64,000 nucleotides of DNA from contig BDGG01000011.1 in the NCBI GenBank assembly GCA_001949185.1, forward strand, positions 1,610,747 to 1,674,746, written 5' to 3'. Under the pieces are notes generated by a model, which did no database searches, had not been told where the DNA came from, and saw only the letters and a program-made list of their open reading frames with translations. The position numbers and the translations under genes were made by a program. This document shows, one piece after another, positions 50,402-63,156 of the stretch (within the stretch, counting starts at the first letter, position 1; every line of letters starts with the position of its first letter). The stretch comes from Ramazzottius varieornatus. Taxonomy: Eukaryota > Animalia > Tardigrada.

Positions 50402-52495
50402 CCTTGGACACAGTCTCCGGGATGCGTATTAGATATGATTATTTCAGCATAAACTTCAACAGGTGTTGGTGTTGTTCGGGATGAAAGATGATGAAACGAG
50501 GCGAGATCTTACTGCTGACTTGCCAGCAGCCTGATGGTAAGCCCTGAACAGGTCTTTAGAACGGCCCTCGCCCACAGAAACTTGCTCGTCGTTGTTGGTA
50601 CATGGATTGACGAAGGTGGTGAAGAGGCGACGCACTTCTTGCAACCACTTTTATACCAACATTTTACGCTTATTCTGCTAGCGATGCAGTTTGTACAGCT
50701 GTTGTGAAGCGATGAAGTGGCGGCGTCACGGACCCAGCATTGGGGAAGTGAAGTGCAGCGTGGAGCTCAAACAACCGTCGGCTTGCATTCCCCACATGCT
50801 CATGAAAGCCCTATATAATGCTAGCGCGATATTAAACGGAAGGGGACAAAAAAACGACTCTCACTAGTCAAAGATCAGTGGATCAAACCCTGGCAGTGGC
50901 TGAAGTTTTACGGCTTGCAGATTTCCGCTGTTTTCCTTCCTCTTATTGATCGATTGCGTGGTCGATTTTAACAGGTGGGCGGTGTGGTGTTGGATGTCTG
51001 CAGGCCCACGGAACATCTCTACAGTGCAGACACGGCACTTGAGCTCTTATCAACTTTTGAATTACCAGACGCGTGCTGTTTTCACTTACCAGGAAATGTT
51101 GGAAACTTCTAGAAAGGGTGCAAAGTCCATGATTGTTAACCGTTCTTTGTTGCCTGCTATCTGAACAATGTCAGACTTTTCATTCCATTTTAATGAGCAG
51201 CGGGTGTACAATGCAAAGCCATGTGTGTCGGCGCTAAAGTTAGAAGGGAGTTCCATACATTCACTATTCGTCATTCCGTCCACTTTTCTGCAGGAGTCAA
51301 AATCAAACTTTCCCTTTCTGGGACATGTTGGCTGTACGGGGGAAAGGCTGATGAGTTAGCCATCAGATTTGGCTTGCCTTTGTTACCTTGTCCCCGTAAT
51401 ACTAATGATTTCGGACGGAGCAGGGTAGCTGGTGTGACATGCGGCTGATTTGTGTTCCTTGCCATCGACGCAAGGTGTCAAAAAGCCTAGACTGGCAGTT
51501 AAACGGTCGATTAAACGATACGTGGTACAGCAGTGGCTAACTTTACAACCGCGGCACGGGCCGGCTAAGGTTACACCCTCCCCCTTACCGACGAAAGGGA
51601 CTGGTCGCTACAGTTCGACTGAAACCTCGCACACGTCTGGGTTCGGTCAATATGGTTTGATCAACATCATAAGGTTCATAGGTAATAGAAAATCAATGTG
51701 CGTTACAATCGGTGTAAATTCTCTTCATCGCGAACTCCCTACTGTAAGATGGCGCGTGATTTGATCAGGGTAGCTGGACACTTTTACCCGCGATCTTTAA
51801 ATTCTCGACCAGTGTTATTCTACTAATGGTTTTGGAATTTTAATGTCTATTACAATTAGTAAAATTTTTCCTCAAACCGTAATTTTAATTGTTGCAGGTT
51901 TGGATTGGCTGAATTCTCTATTATCAATTTTAATTACATCTGGATCTCTAATTCAAATTATTTTATGATCCGTCTGTAAGTTTGCATTAACCGAGTAATC
52001 AGCAGGGATATGTATCCGTTGTTATGTCATCTTGTTCAGATAGTATGTCATCAAAATTTTCTGTCTGTATTTTCTGGTGTTCTCGCACCACTCTCCAGCT
52101 TTTTTTCCTGCTACCTCTTGTGTTTGCAAGGGCGTTCCTTTAATTATCACGGAACAAGGACTCGGAAAACAGCTTGTTCATCCCAAAGGAAGTTGGATTC
52201 TTTAGGTGTTGGTAGCGCGAGCTGTAGGTCTCTTCGCCATCTCAAGAATCTGACCGCACACTGCATGCCATTGTTCTGTCGCGGTGGAGAAGCTGGGTGA
52301 TTATTTAAAGAGTGTGGGATACTACGGATTGAAGCTCGAATCTACAGCAAACGTGGTTTCGCTGGTTTCTGTTTGACGTTAGTTACAAAAGTAAGAGTAA
52401 ACTCGTACAAGACTGTACAATTTGGAAAACCATTGGCAAATCATACTGTAAGTCCTGCTATGTTGTTGTGCTGTATGTTTCTTCGCTTCTTTGCA

Positions 52496-53450
52496 GGAAA
52501 AGCAGAGATGTCCACTGTGTCCGCTCTCTTGAAGGACGCCATGGGAAGCTGGAAAGAGCCTGACGATCACTGCTGTCGCTTTGAAGGCTATTCGTAAGTC
52601 TTATGTAGAGTCTGGATCAGGGCCGGCTCGTCCTGTATCGAAAGTATTATAGTTTATACTGTGACGTCATGCGTTACCATCAGCTTTGCACTGCAATTAG
52701 ACGTTGCTCATGACGTCAATAATACCTTTTTTTCCTGTCTTTCAGAGTTGAACTACGAGGACGAAAAACCTGAAACGGTGTCGAATGGTCCACTGGCGAA
52801 GAGTGAAAAGTCGGAAACTACTTCTTACGAAGGTATGGGAGAGAAGTGACGCTTGGTCATTTGTAACCGACTAATTCTTCTTGTGAAGTTGCAGGTCACA
52901 ATGAAGTGCCACTTATGATGCCCCGTCCCATCTTGATGCGCCGATTGCGTTCGAAAATTTTTAGCGTGGGATCAGCTAACGTTTGGAGTTTGGAACTCCA
53001 AATACAGTTGGAATTCCAACAAGATCTACCGAGCTGCAAGCTGCGAAACCGCAAACACTGCCCGTCGTCATTCCTCAAGCTGTGAATGTTCCCGTTGGAA
53101 ATCCAACTTCGGTTGGAGTTCCAACTGCGCCCGCAGTAAATCATCCCAAGACCTACTACCACGCGCATCGAGATAAGACTCGAGCGGCCAGCTACATCCG
53201 TGCCACTCAGAAGTTCGTGACTTGGCGCGACCAGCAGAAAAAGCAGACGCAGTTAACTTGAGAACAAGAGGACAACGAGCAAAACTTCGCACGACTTCGT
53301 GAAAAGCGAGAGCTGGAAGACAAGCGAGCAAGAGAAGACAGAGATGTCGCAGATAGGTATGCTGCGAAAGACAGTCGTCGTGTTCTCGATCGTAAGCAAG
53401 AAGACTTAGATTTCGAGCAGCGAGCTCCTGACTACTGCCGTGTATCGTGA
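52496..53450 (+). pseudogene. Possible spliced gene or pseudogene with Pro/Val-rich and Arg/Asp-rich segments
   Basis: A series of AG/GT-bounded exon-like blocks and short gttggaNNtccaac repeats, but the reading frames are disrupted. Confidence 0.3.
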
Positions 53451-53476
53451 TAAAGATCTTGTTCAGAATTTCTCTA

Positions 53477-56400
53477 CGAGGAGCAAAGCCAAACTTTTCT
53501 AACTCGCCGAACTGCAGACTACTTTTCTAACTAACAATTTTCTCAATAGCTTTCCAATCAGAAATTGTCAAATTAATTTGTAAATCTGTCCCAACATTTT
53601 GCTTCAGTTTGAACCAGCTCGAATCGGGATTAAGTGACACATCATGGCGGAAATAATTCAATAAGGAAGATCGTTTCAAAATGGTTCCCGATATTAGGGA
53701 GCACACTTTCAGCAGAGGGAGCACGGCAGGTCAAGATCAGCTGATCCAGTAAACCGCATATGTGCCGAACCGAATAGAAATCGCGCAGTAGTAACGGAAC
53801 ATCACTATAACTTCACGGCTGGTTTCTGTTAGAAATCGGAAATGCAGAAACTTTACTAACTTCCGAGCGAAAACACATTGTTTCCGCAAATTTGCGGGAA
53901 CACTGCTTGCTCTCAGGGAAGGCTATCTCTCTTTCTTGTCTTCTCCTTTCCGAGGTTTACCTTGTATGTCCATTATGTCTGAAGACATATCTTCAACAAG
54001 CTTTGCGATTTCCGAGAGCTATCCTCATTCACAGCACAGGTCGATGGATAAACCGCGGAAGAGGGGATACGTGCAACATCATCCGGACATGGAAACTGCT
54101 ATAGCCGCTGTCAATGACGAAATGTCCACAAGGATGGCTGCCGAGAAGTACCACATACCTCAGAAGACTCTCTACAATAAAGTCAAGGGGAAACATCCGA
54201 AGAAGGCCGGACGTCCCAACACTTTCACGCTGGAGGAAGAGACGGAAATCTGCGAAATCCTCGTTCGTTGTTCCAAGATTGGAGTTCCACTGGGCAAGCG
54301 CACTTCCATCAAAATCGTCAAAGCAATCGCCCTCGCGAAAGGTAAGCACGGTTTTGCTGGATTTCATTCGTACGCAGCATAGCAACGGGAATAACATCAC
54401 CAAGATTCTAAACGTGAAATAATGCCCTGTCCAACTTCCGGTTCAACGGGCACCAAGGATAACCTTGTCATCACAGTTCTCTCTTTAGGCATGGACGAGG
54501 CTAAATTTACTGATCGATGGCACCAGAAGTTCCTTTGCAGAAACCGCGAGATTTCCCTACGGACACTCAGTGCGTTGAGCTTCACGAAATCGAGGGAATG
54601 GACAAAGAGGCGCTGCGAAGAATGGAATTCCCTTCTGCAGGAATTAGGTGACGAAGGATTTTTCGATAATCCTGAAGAAATATGGAACTTGGACGAGTCG
54701 GGATTCAAGCTGGCGGAGTTGTATGATAGGGTCTACTCGGAGAAAGGCGTGAAGGAAGCGGTCGGCTGCGTCAAAGGCACAGAAAACGACCGAGAGAATA
54801 TTTCTCTTTTGGCTATGGGAAACGCTGCAGGGATGATGCTACGCCCGTTGATTCTCTATAGAGGAAAGATGCACACTGAATCCCACTTTCGGGACACTCA
54901 CGACGCTTGTTACGTTGGCACGAATTCTTCGGGAGTGATGGACACTGATGTTCTAACCGAATTTCTCGAGAAGGAATTTTTGTCATCCATCAGATGTCCC
55001 AAGGTAATCCTTGCACGAGTTTTGGGCAATAATATTGCTATCAGTTCCATGAATCCTGTATCTTATTCTGTACCAAAGGCGACAAGGTTAACCTTGTGGG
55101 TTTTGTTCCTTCACAGAACGTAGTGTTTCTCGATGGACATTCTTCTCATCTGAGCTGTGTCGCCTTCCTCGTGGCCTGTATGGAGCAAAGAGAAAGAAAT
55201 CCGAGTTATCGCTCTTCCTTCTGGCCAGACAGCTTTCTTACAGCCGCTGGATAAAGAGGTCTTTGGTGGAGTAAAGCAAAAGTGGCACAGCTACCTGCGG
55301 GATTCCAGGATTGACATCACAATTGATGTGAGTAATTCGACATTTGCCATCAAGAACTGACGACCCTTTAGAAAACGGGATCTGGCAAAACTTTCATTCT
55401 AAAATCTCAATTTGTAGGTTTCTCGTCACAATTTCCCAGCGCACATCGTCAAACTATGGAGGCCAGATTTTCCTCCGTATTCTTTGAACTTAGGTAAGAC
55501 TCTGATAGCCAAGGATACCTTCTTATATGTGTCTTATTCGATCAAAAACCAACCAAGACATGATACAAAATCAAACCAAAGCTCGAAAACAAAATTATTT
55601 TCCCAAGTGGCGTACGTTGTCGGTAATATTGGCTGAAGAATGCGCCACTGAATGAAAACAATTTGATCGATTTTGTTTTCCGAGCTTTTAGAATAATCGT
55701 CGTGCTAAGGTCTACTTTCTGAATGTTCTTCGTTCCAGGTGGACCTATGAGAGAAGGATTTCGAAAAACCGGAATTTTTCCGTTTGACGCTGAACTGCTG
55801 AGAGGCACAGTGAATCCCAACTTGGAGGTCTTGGAAGAAGTAGAAGTCGGAATTGACCTGCACTTTGCTGACATCGCAAGGATTCTGCGCGAAAAGATTG
55901 GCCTAAACGATGACAAGACAACCAGCTGCCTGTTGGAAATCAAAAAGATCGTGACAGGGCAATCGGCAGGCTCAGTTGTCGCCTTAGAGTTCCATAAGAA
56001 CTTGCTGCGGAGTGCTCCTCAAAAGAAACGTCGGGAAAAAGATTCTCGTTTGGATGTGTCCAATGGTAGGATTCTTACAGAGCGCACTTACATCAGCACA
56101 AAGAAAGCAGCGATTGCAAAGAACAAGGAGAAAGCCAAAGGTTTGAGGAACCGAAAGCGGAACATCGAGGCAGTGGAGAAAAGGACGACAGACAGCGAAG
56201 AAGTGAGCCCGATCGCAAGCCAAGGATACTCTTGTGCACCTCCAGCAAAGCGACAAAGAAAGACCGCCAAGCAGGTAGCAGCGGAGATAGCAAGCGACGT
56301 GCCTGTACCTCAGCCGACCAGAGATTCACCGGTGGCCGGTCCTGAAGGATATCCTTCAAAAACCAGAGCCAAGCGGAGCAAAGCACCAGTTAGGACTACC

Positions 56401-56817
56401 GTTGCACCGAGAAAGAAACCAACAGCCTCCACTGCCAAGTCAAATGCCAGGTCGATGCTTGTATCGAAGAAGACACTTGCGCTGTCCGTTGTAAAGTTGA
56501 AGGCTAAGAAAGCGTGAAAATTCTTTTCTGTTTCCGTTAAAATAGAGTAAAGGCTCTCGTGTTTTTTAGGCAACTTCGCACAAAGGTTCAGTCGTATGTG
56601 GCGCCGAAAGTAGAAATGAAGTGTCTTCGTGGCAGGTGCACATAGACGGTTACCATCATTTCTATCGAAAATCGGAAATGCAGAAACTTTACTGACTCTT
56701 GCTGGGTCGCCTTATGGCGGTAGTACACGATCAGCTGAGCTAGACACATGGCCGCGACACCTGCAGAATTTGACCTAGTAAAGTAATCCCGTTAGAAAAG
56801 TTGAGCATCCCTCCCCG
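53477..56817 (+). mobile_element. Near-complete pogo/Fot1-like DNA transposon (TA TSD, ~27-bp TIRs)
   Basis: TA-cgaggagcaaagccaaacttttctaac ... gttagaaaagttgagcatccctccccg-TA enclosing a transposase gene. Confidence 0.88.
53966..56517 (+). pseudogene. Five-exon HTH_psq + CENP-B HTH + DDE_1 transposase with one apparent frameshift (~55185)
   Basis: MSTRMAAEKYHIPQKTL (psq), WNLDESG, FLDGHSSH, QPLD and GFRKTGIFP. Introns 54342-54488, 55004-55116, 55328-55417 and ~55493-55738. Confidence 0.88.
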
Positions 56818-57074
56818 TACAGATTTTCCCTGGTATTTCATGTGGTAAAACTAAAATAAAAGTTTTTGACAAGTTCAGCGAAGTTCAAATAATTTTAATT
56901 GGAGCCTTCTACTAGCGAAAAGCGAGAATGCACTGTTAGCCTGGCGTACACAAGGAATTGCAAAAGTCTTCCCGAAACCTCGACAGTAAGTGGGGTGTCA
57001 TACGGGCCTCTCTGTGACACGAAGCCACCATCAGGGATTGTTTCAAGTTCAGGACCAAAGTGATGCAAATGCCT

Positions 57075-59309
57075 TCACTGGGTGACATTGAAACGCTGTT
57101 GGATAAAATCCACCAAGATCTCGGACTCGTTGTGAGCGACTTCTTCCAGGTAGGCCATTAAACGGTACAGGTCTTTTGTTTTGACGTTGTCACCATCTCC
57201 GATAGTAGCATCTCTCGTCTGGAAAACGAGAATTCCATAGGTAATCCACGTTCCCATCACCTGCAAAAATTACCACAATTATGGTTTGGGAAGCCACGGT
57301 CGGCATTTTGTTGGGAAAGTGGCCTCATTCACCTCTGCCACGTATTCGAGATTGATATACTTCAATCCGGCTGCGGCGATGGCACCTGTTGACTCATCAA
57401 TTTCGGACAGGATCATCATGCAGGTATCTTCGATCTCTGTACCCTGATTTTCGTCTCGTACTGTTCGAAGAAGTCGGAGAATCTTTTTTACCTGTAAACA
57501 AAGAACAGTGCAGAAAGACAGTCAGCAAGCAATGAGACAAAGAGGGACTGACGACATAATTATGTCAAAAAAGGCCGGGGGGGGGGGGANNNNNNNNNNN
57601 NNNNNNNNNNNNNNNNNNNNNNNNNNNNNNNNNNNNNNNCAAAAAAGCCCGGGGGGGGGGGGAGCAGTCCCGCCGAAGTCCTGGCTAGTGCCAATCCTTT
57701 CGCCACGCGCCCACACGCAGCGTACCCACATCCAGTTGTGGGAGGCGGTGCCAGACTCAGCGCACATACGCATATAAAGACACGCACCTGCGTGTGCATT
57801 GAACGACTACACTCTCGGCCTGGGCCGTTCACGTTGCGGATGATGGAGCGCTTGCGGTTGTCCACACACTTCTTGTTGCGAGACTTGTCCTTGTGAACCG
57901 TAACGTCCCATTACCTTCCAGATCCTACATACAACACGGACGAACTCTAGGAGTCTCTATCTGGAAGCTGGAAGAAAACAAACATCAAGAGGGAGAGGGC
58001 TCGTCTGACGAATCAGGATTTCGGAAAATTAATTTTCCATTAGTGTGTTGCGCAAGTAGGGGGACGCGGGTATGGTACAATAGTATTGTGTACCAGAGTA
58101 CGATCGTACGCTATGCATCTGTGTCTGAGCCGTGTACGACGTCATCGGTTTTGGCCTATCTGGTTCGTATCTAATATCAGGTGGTAAAAGGATTGGCACT
58201 AGTCCTGGCTGTAATCATTACAAGGCGACGATTTTACTTTTTGCAGGTCGAAGTATACTTGCATAGAGCCTTCTGACCTTGTCGCTGCAGTAAAGACAGG
58301 CAGCCACTTTGACAGTTCCATTAGTTAAGGCGATGCTGACACTAGACCATTCCCAGTACGTTCGACGGGTTATGGTCTCTATCCGCTGGGCAAAGTCAGC
58401 ATCGGTCTCTTCTTCCGCTTGTGCGCTAAAGGGAGGCTGCAAGAAGAGACCAATAACGGTCACCAGAGCGACCATGTCCCTGATACAGTCCATTAGAACC
58501 AAGAGACCGTAAGCATCGTTTAGGTCGTGCGTTAAGGTCTGAAGGAAGCGCAGAACATGAAACTCCCTACGCAGAACTGGCGATAAACGCGTCGAATCTG
58601 AACTATCTGCAACCGCGCGGATCCTCTCGTGGACGCCAGCGAACACTTGCGCTAGACCGATCACCAAGAGTATACAGGACAACTGCGAGGACAAACTGGC
58701 GATTGTTGAAACCATGCCACAACAAGCCCTGAAAATAATCGAAATACCCCACGTTCCTGAACGACCTAAGATCACTGCTGCAGACTGGGACATTTCCTTA
58801 GTGGAAATGTAGGGCCAATATCGGCGCACAAAGCCAAGTGAGAAAACCAAAGTCAGTGCAGATATCCAGATGGGAATGAAGAAGGTTAATAGCCTGCGAA
58901 GTCGTGTTGCTCTAGTCACAGTCATCAGTGATGTATCCATTGACAGGAACTTTTGAAACAGTCGAACGATTGGCTTACGATAAACAAACATGGAGAGGGT
59001 GCTGAGTGAGCCTAGCAGCAGATCGGAAGCGTTATTGACCAGTCTCACTAGGGCGAAGAACTCGAAAGTAGCAATATCGTCGGCATAGAAGACAATCCAG
59101 TCGGCCAGGCCCAAAATTGGCGCTGAAAATGATAACAAAGCCACAGCAAAGCCGTACAATGAAAGAAGATATGCCCAGCAATGTCGACCAAACCCGGTGG
59201 AACGATCTGAAGCAGATAAATGAGGGTGGTACAGTCCACACAGCCGCAAGTAGGGTAGAGAAAACCGTGGCAGAAAAGGCTGGGTTGTTACGATCGTCTC
59301 CATACTCAT
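57075..59309 (-). CDS. Gustatory receptor-like 7TM chemoreceptor (copy 1); exons 59309-58278, 57491-57333, 57260-57075
   Basis: YLRLCGL near the N-terminus, LNDAYGLLVL, AIAAAGLKYINL, TM7 motif WITYGILVFQT, and phase-0 introns in the 3' part as is typical of GRs. Confidence 0.87.
57812..57917 (-). pseudogene. RPS28: Ribosomal protein S28 (eS28) pseudogene fragment inside GR intron 1
   Basis: KVMGRYGSQGQ followed, after a frameshift, by VDNRKRSIIRNVNGPGRE, versus canonical KVLGRTGSQGQ...RSIIRNVKGPVRE. Confidence 0.75.
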
Positions 59310-60368
59310 CGGCGGTGTCCTGACTGGCTGCTCGTTGATCGTGCTGCGATACTAGGTTTCCGGATTTTGCATCTAGCTGAAACGGTTGAAATGACACAAG
59401 ACTTCGACTTCTTCAACGGGAGCAGCCTCGTCATTTCCAGAAGCCCCCTTGCTGATTGTGTATGCTGGATAGATGTCCGACTCCGACAGGTTGCTGTGCA
59501 TCCGAAGTGCACACGTAACCTAAGCTCTGCTCTTGCCGTACTCACTTCAGAAAGATCCATTTCTGGCCCGAACGGTGAACTTACCTCAATTCCCGATGAA
59601 GTTGGACTGTCAAGTTGGAAATGGATATTGCGTTGCACCGTATTCTGTTGAGTCAACAAGCGGACCTTCACGATAACCTTTATGTGCAATCCACTTATCC
59701 ACATGAAAAAAGTACAGAACGTTCTTCACCTGAGCCGTAGTACGCCCCGCCCTCCCGTTCACTTTCCGTCTATAGTAACAGCTTGCTCCGTCCCGTTTTT
59801 GTGAAGGGTAACTGGATTTACTTTCTGGAGCTCCATTTATTTTCGGAAAATAGCGTGATCGGAATTACGGTTACCCTTAGCTAGCAGTGTGAAGCATGGT
59901 GGTAGCCCTACTATTCAAAATTGTGATTAGGTGCTCCGCTTATGAGGCAATTTTAGCTACGAGCTTTAGCTATTTTAGCTCTGGCCATTTTAGCCTTAAA
60001 GTTGCAGAATGAACAGTTTTCGAAGTAAGCCAAAAATCCGATTTTGCCTTGCTAACGCTGGATTTCAGTTGATAACATAGATTTACGCCGCTAGGCATTT
60101 ACAGCTAACCCCATTAAAACGACTGTTTTTGAGTAACTCGTAGGTAGAGCTTACGGAATGTTGAAGTACGGCGGTGAAAGGTCAAGCAACGGTAATTACG
60201 AATCGAACTAGCTGGACGGCAATCTTGGACGGTTGCCCTCATCACTGGTGCGTAGTTCAAGGTTCCTTTTTCCGGTAAGCTTTCATTGTGACTAGCGTCC
60301 GCCAAGATAACGATAGCGACAGAAATTCCGCCCCCCCCCACCCATTCCTTTTGTCTTTACCTTCCTCT

Positions 60369-60509
60369 ATGGGCCGCCATCGCCGCCATAAATNNNNNNN
60401 NNNNNNNNNNNNNNNNNNNNNNNNNNNNNNNNNNNNNNNNNNNTGTTGGAATCTGACAGACGTACCTGTCAAACTGTGAAACGATTTATGGCGGCGATGG
60501 CCGCCCATA
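60369..60509. repeat. Short inverted repeat spanning an assembly gap
   Basis: ccatcgccgccataaat [N] atttatggcggcgatgg. Confidence 0.6.
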
Positions 60510-61082
60510 TTCCTCTTTACGGTTTCCCCTTTATCCCTGTGGTTTTCGCTGCTGCATTCTTAATAGTTCCGTGTCTTCCACACTGCGTTCGTTTTCCCTT
60601 TGTTTTAAGAATAAATTTCTTTCTGGCTCTTGTTTGCTGTTTTGCTACGACACGAATGGCTGTACGGAGTATTCTGCACAACCTAGCCGAGTATCTGCAC
60701 TCGTTTGCCCCACATGAGTCCGGTTCGTGATAGGTTAACCGTCGTCGTCGGCTGATCTAGGCAAGAGTAGTAAAGGACAAGTTAAATTTCAAATCAGCCG
60801 TCTACGACAAGAAGAGCCCATCGTGCGCAGGATTATTACAGAAGGAAGCGTGCTCATGAACTGTACTCTCAGTTCACCACTTCGATTCAAAAACAAGAAA
60901 GCCGTCTCCTGAAAAATTGGAGAATACGTGAAGAAAGCCCGCTCTATAAAACCCTGCCGAAATATTGGTCACGTGCCATGGACATCTGACTGCCGTTCCT
61001 GCTCTTCTTTTGAACGGAGACCTTCGTATTTTAACCTCTTGGCTGTCCGTCTGGTGCTGACAATTTCTAGAACTGAGGCTCT

Positions 61083-62748
61083 CTACCGAGTGGCGTCTAG
61101 TTGCCGCTGAATGAAGTGACGAACAAATGCCGATTCATTGCGAGTGGCATTTTCAAGGTAGGACATGACGTAATTCAGATCCTTCATCTTGGCGCGGTCC
61201 TGGTCTCGTACAGAGTCACCCCTCGTCTGGAAGATGAGCATCCCGTAGGTGATCCAAATGCCAAAGACCTACGAAATTGTCCGACAGGGTGATCACGTGT
61301 TGCTCATGTCGACCAAGTACCATAAAAGTGCGAAAGGCTTACGCCAACTGCGTATTCCAAATTGATGTACTTGATGCCGGCAGCCGAGATGGCTCCCGTC
61401 GACGCATCTGTTTCCCCCAGGATTCTTGTGCAGTCAGCTTCCACCTTGCTCCCTTCGTAATCATTGCGCACACTTTGAACAAGACGGCGAATCTTTCCAA
61501 CCTGCAAGAACACATGACGTTCAGCGTTAAGCATCGCAAAGCATTAACGGTACCACGGTCACTGTATATCGAGAACTGAGTCAACCGACCGCAGAGTATC
61601 TAGGGATTAGTCGTTAAGTACACAAGACAGTTTGTAGATGCTCCCGGTTGACACAGTGTACACAACGGCCAAAGTGGTTTCGTAATGGTATTTACGTTGG
61701 CACTGCAGTAGATACACACTGCCGTCCTCAGAGCGGCGCATGCCAACGTGATGATGTTGATGAAGTCCCAGTAGTACTGGCGCATTGTCCCCTCGATACG
61801 CCGCGAATACTGAGCCGGAGTTTCCTTGTGCTCAACTACCGCGTGCACTTGCAAAAGGGAGCTTATGAGCGCCACCACACATATCATGTCCCGCAAGCAG
61901 TTGAGCAAAATCATCAAACCAAATGTATCGTTAAGGTCAAGGGTCAAGCTTTGCAGCACGCGAAGACTCTTGAAATTTGTCTGCAGCACTTGAGACAAAT
62001 AGTCAATACTTTTGTCGGGATCCCCTCGTGTGGCCTCTTTAATGTCCGATAAGATATTTGCAAAGCCTTTTCCCATTCCGAAGATCAGTAAGACATACAA
62101 TAGTTGAGAGGACATATCGATGTTAATCGCCACGATGAAATACGAACGGGTGAGTATGATGACATCTCGTAGTAGTACCGGCAGATTAAACGTTTGGTCT
62201 GGACTGCAGACGATTCTGGTGCTGCTGTTCCAGTAAGCTTCCAGAGGGTCGGTGATTAACGGCCAATAGCGGTACGAGGCAAAGAAACAGAAGACTGTTA
62301 GCCACGTGATGACCCATAGCGGTGCCAAGACAGCCAACATCCAACGGAATGGAAAGCTCATCAAGCTGTCGGCTCGCCTAAACTGATCCAGTAAACGGAC
62401 GATAGATTTGCGAGTAACGAACATCAGAAACACAACCATCGATGCTAGAAAAACTTGCGAACAATAATTCAACTCTCGGACCCACATGGAAAAGTCCGAG
62501 ATACCAGTAAAGGTATATTCCCAGTAGTAAATGTAGTCGGAGACTCCGGTTAGCATCAGGGTGCAGCTTAATACGGCCATCGCATTGCCATAGAGTGAGC
62601 GGAAGCCACGCCAAAAGCGAGACAGACGAGTTTTGGCAGAGTCGAAGTTTAGACTTGATGAAACTTCGGCAGGATGGTACAGTCCGCACAGCCATAGGTA
62701 ATGAAGGAAAAAAACAGGAACTAAACTGTTGGACGCCGTGTTTGACAT
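61083..62748 (-). CDS. Gustatory receptor-like 7TM chemoreceptor (copy 2); exons 62748-61696, 61501-61343, 61268-61083
   Basis: YLWLCGLYHP, LNDTFGLMIL, AISAAGIKYINL and WITYGMLIFQT; same intron positions as copy 1. Confidence 0.87.
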
Positions 62749-62985
62749 GCTCGGAAACTCTACTATTACTCCAGTCAGAAAACCAAAAGCGCTGGCTTTT
62801 TCAGCTTGATTGTAATCCACCGCGAAGGCATAGCATCATCAGTTGGCAGACTGCAGGAAACAATGTAAACTAGCCCAGGAAAGCGCTTCCACAAAAAGAA
62901 TATAACAAAACACAGGTTAATGCGTCATCCTGGAGCAGACTGCCCATATGCATGACCGCCTACAGTGATCATCAGGGGCGAACGT

Positions 62986-63156
62986 CCCTGTATCCTTGTG
63001 GAAACGTAGGCGTCAATACAAACAAAATTTTAGACTTTAAAATTCTGAAGGTTAACGAAAACTTGCAGTTTACAGTTTCCCATTTTTCAAAAAACATACA
63101 TTTTAAGCCAAAATTTTGTTTTTATTGACGCCCTGCATTTCCACAAGGATACAGGG
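62986..63156. mobile_element. Palindromic MITE
   Basis: ccctgtatccttgtggaaa..ggcgtcaata / tattgacgcc..tttccacaaggatacaggg. Confidence 0.85.

Noticed and set aside
57075-57491. Separate small gene
   Set aside because: These are exons 2-3 of the GR starting at 59309.
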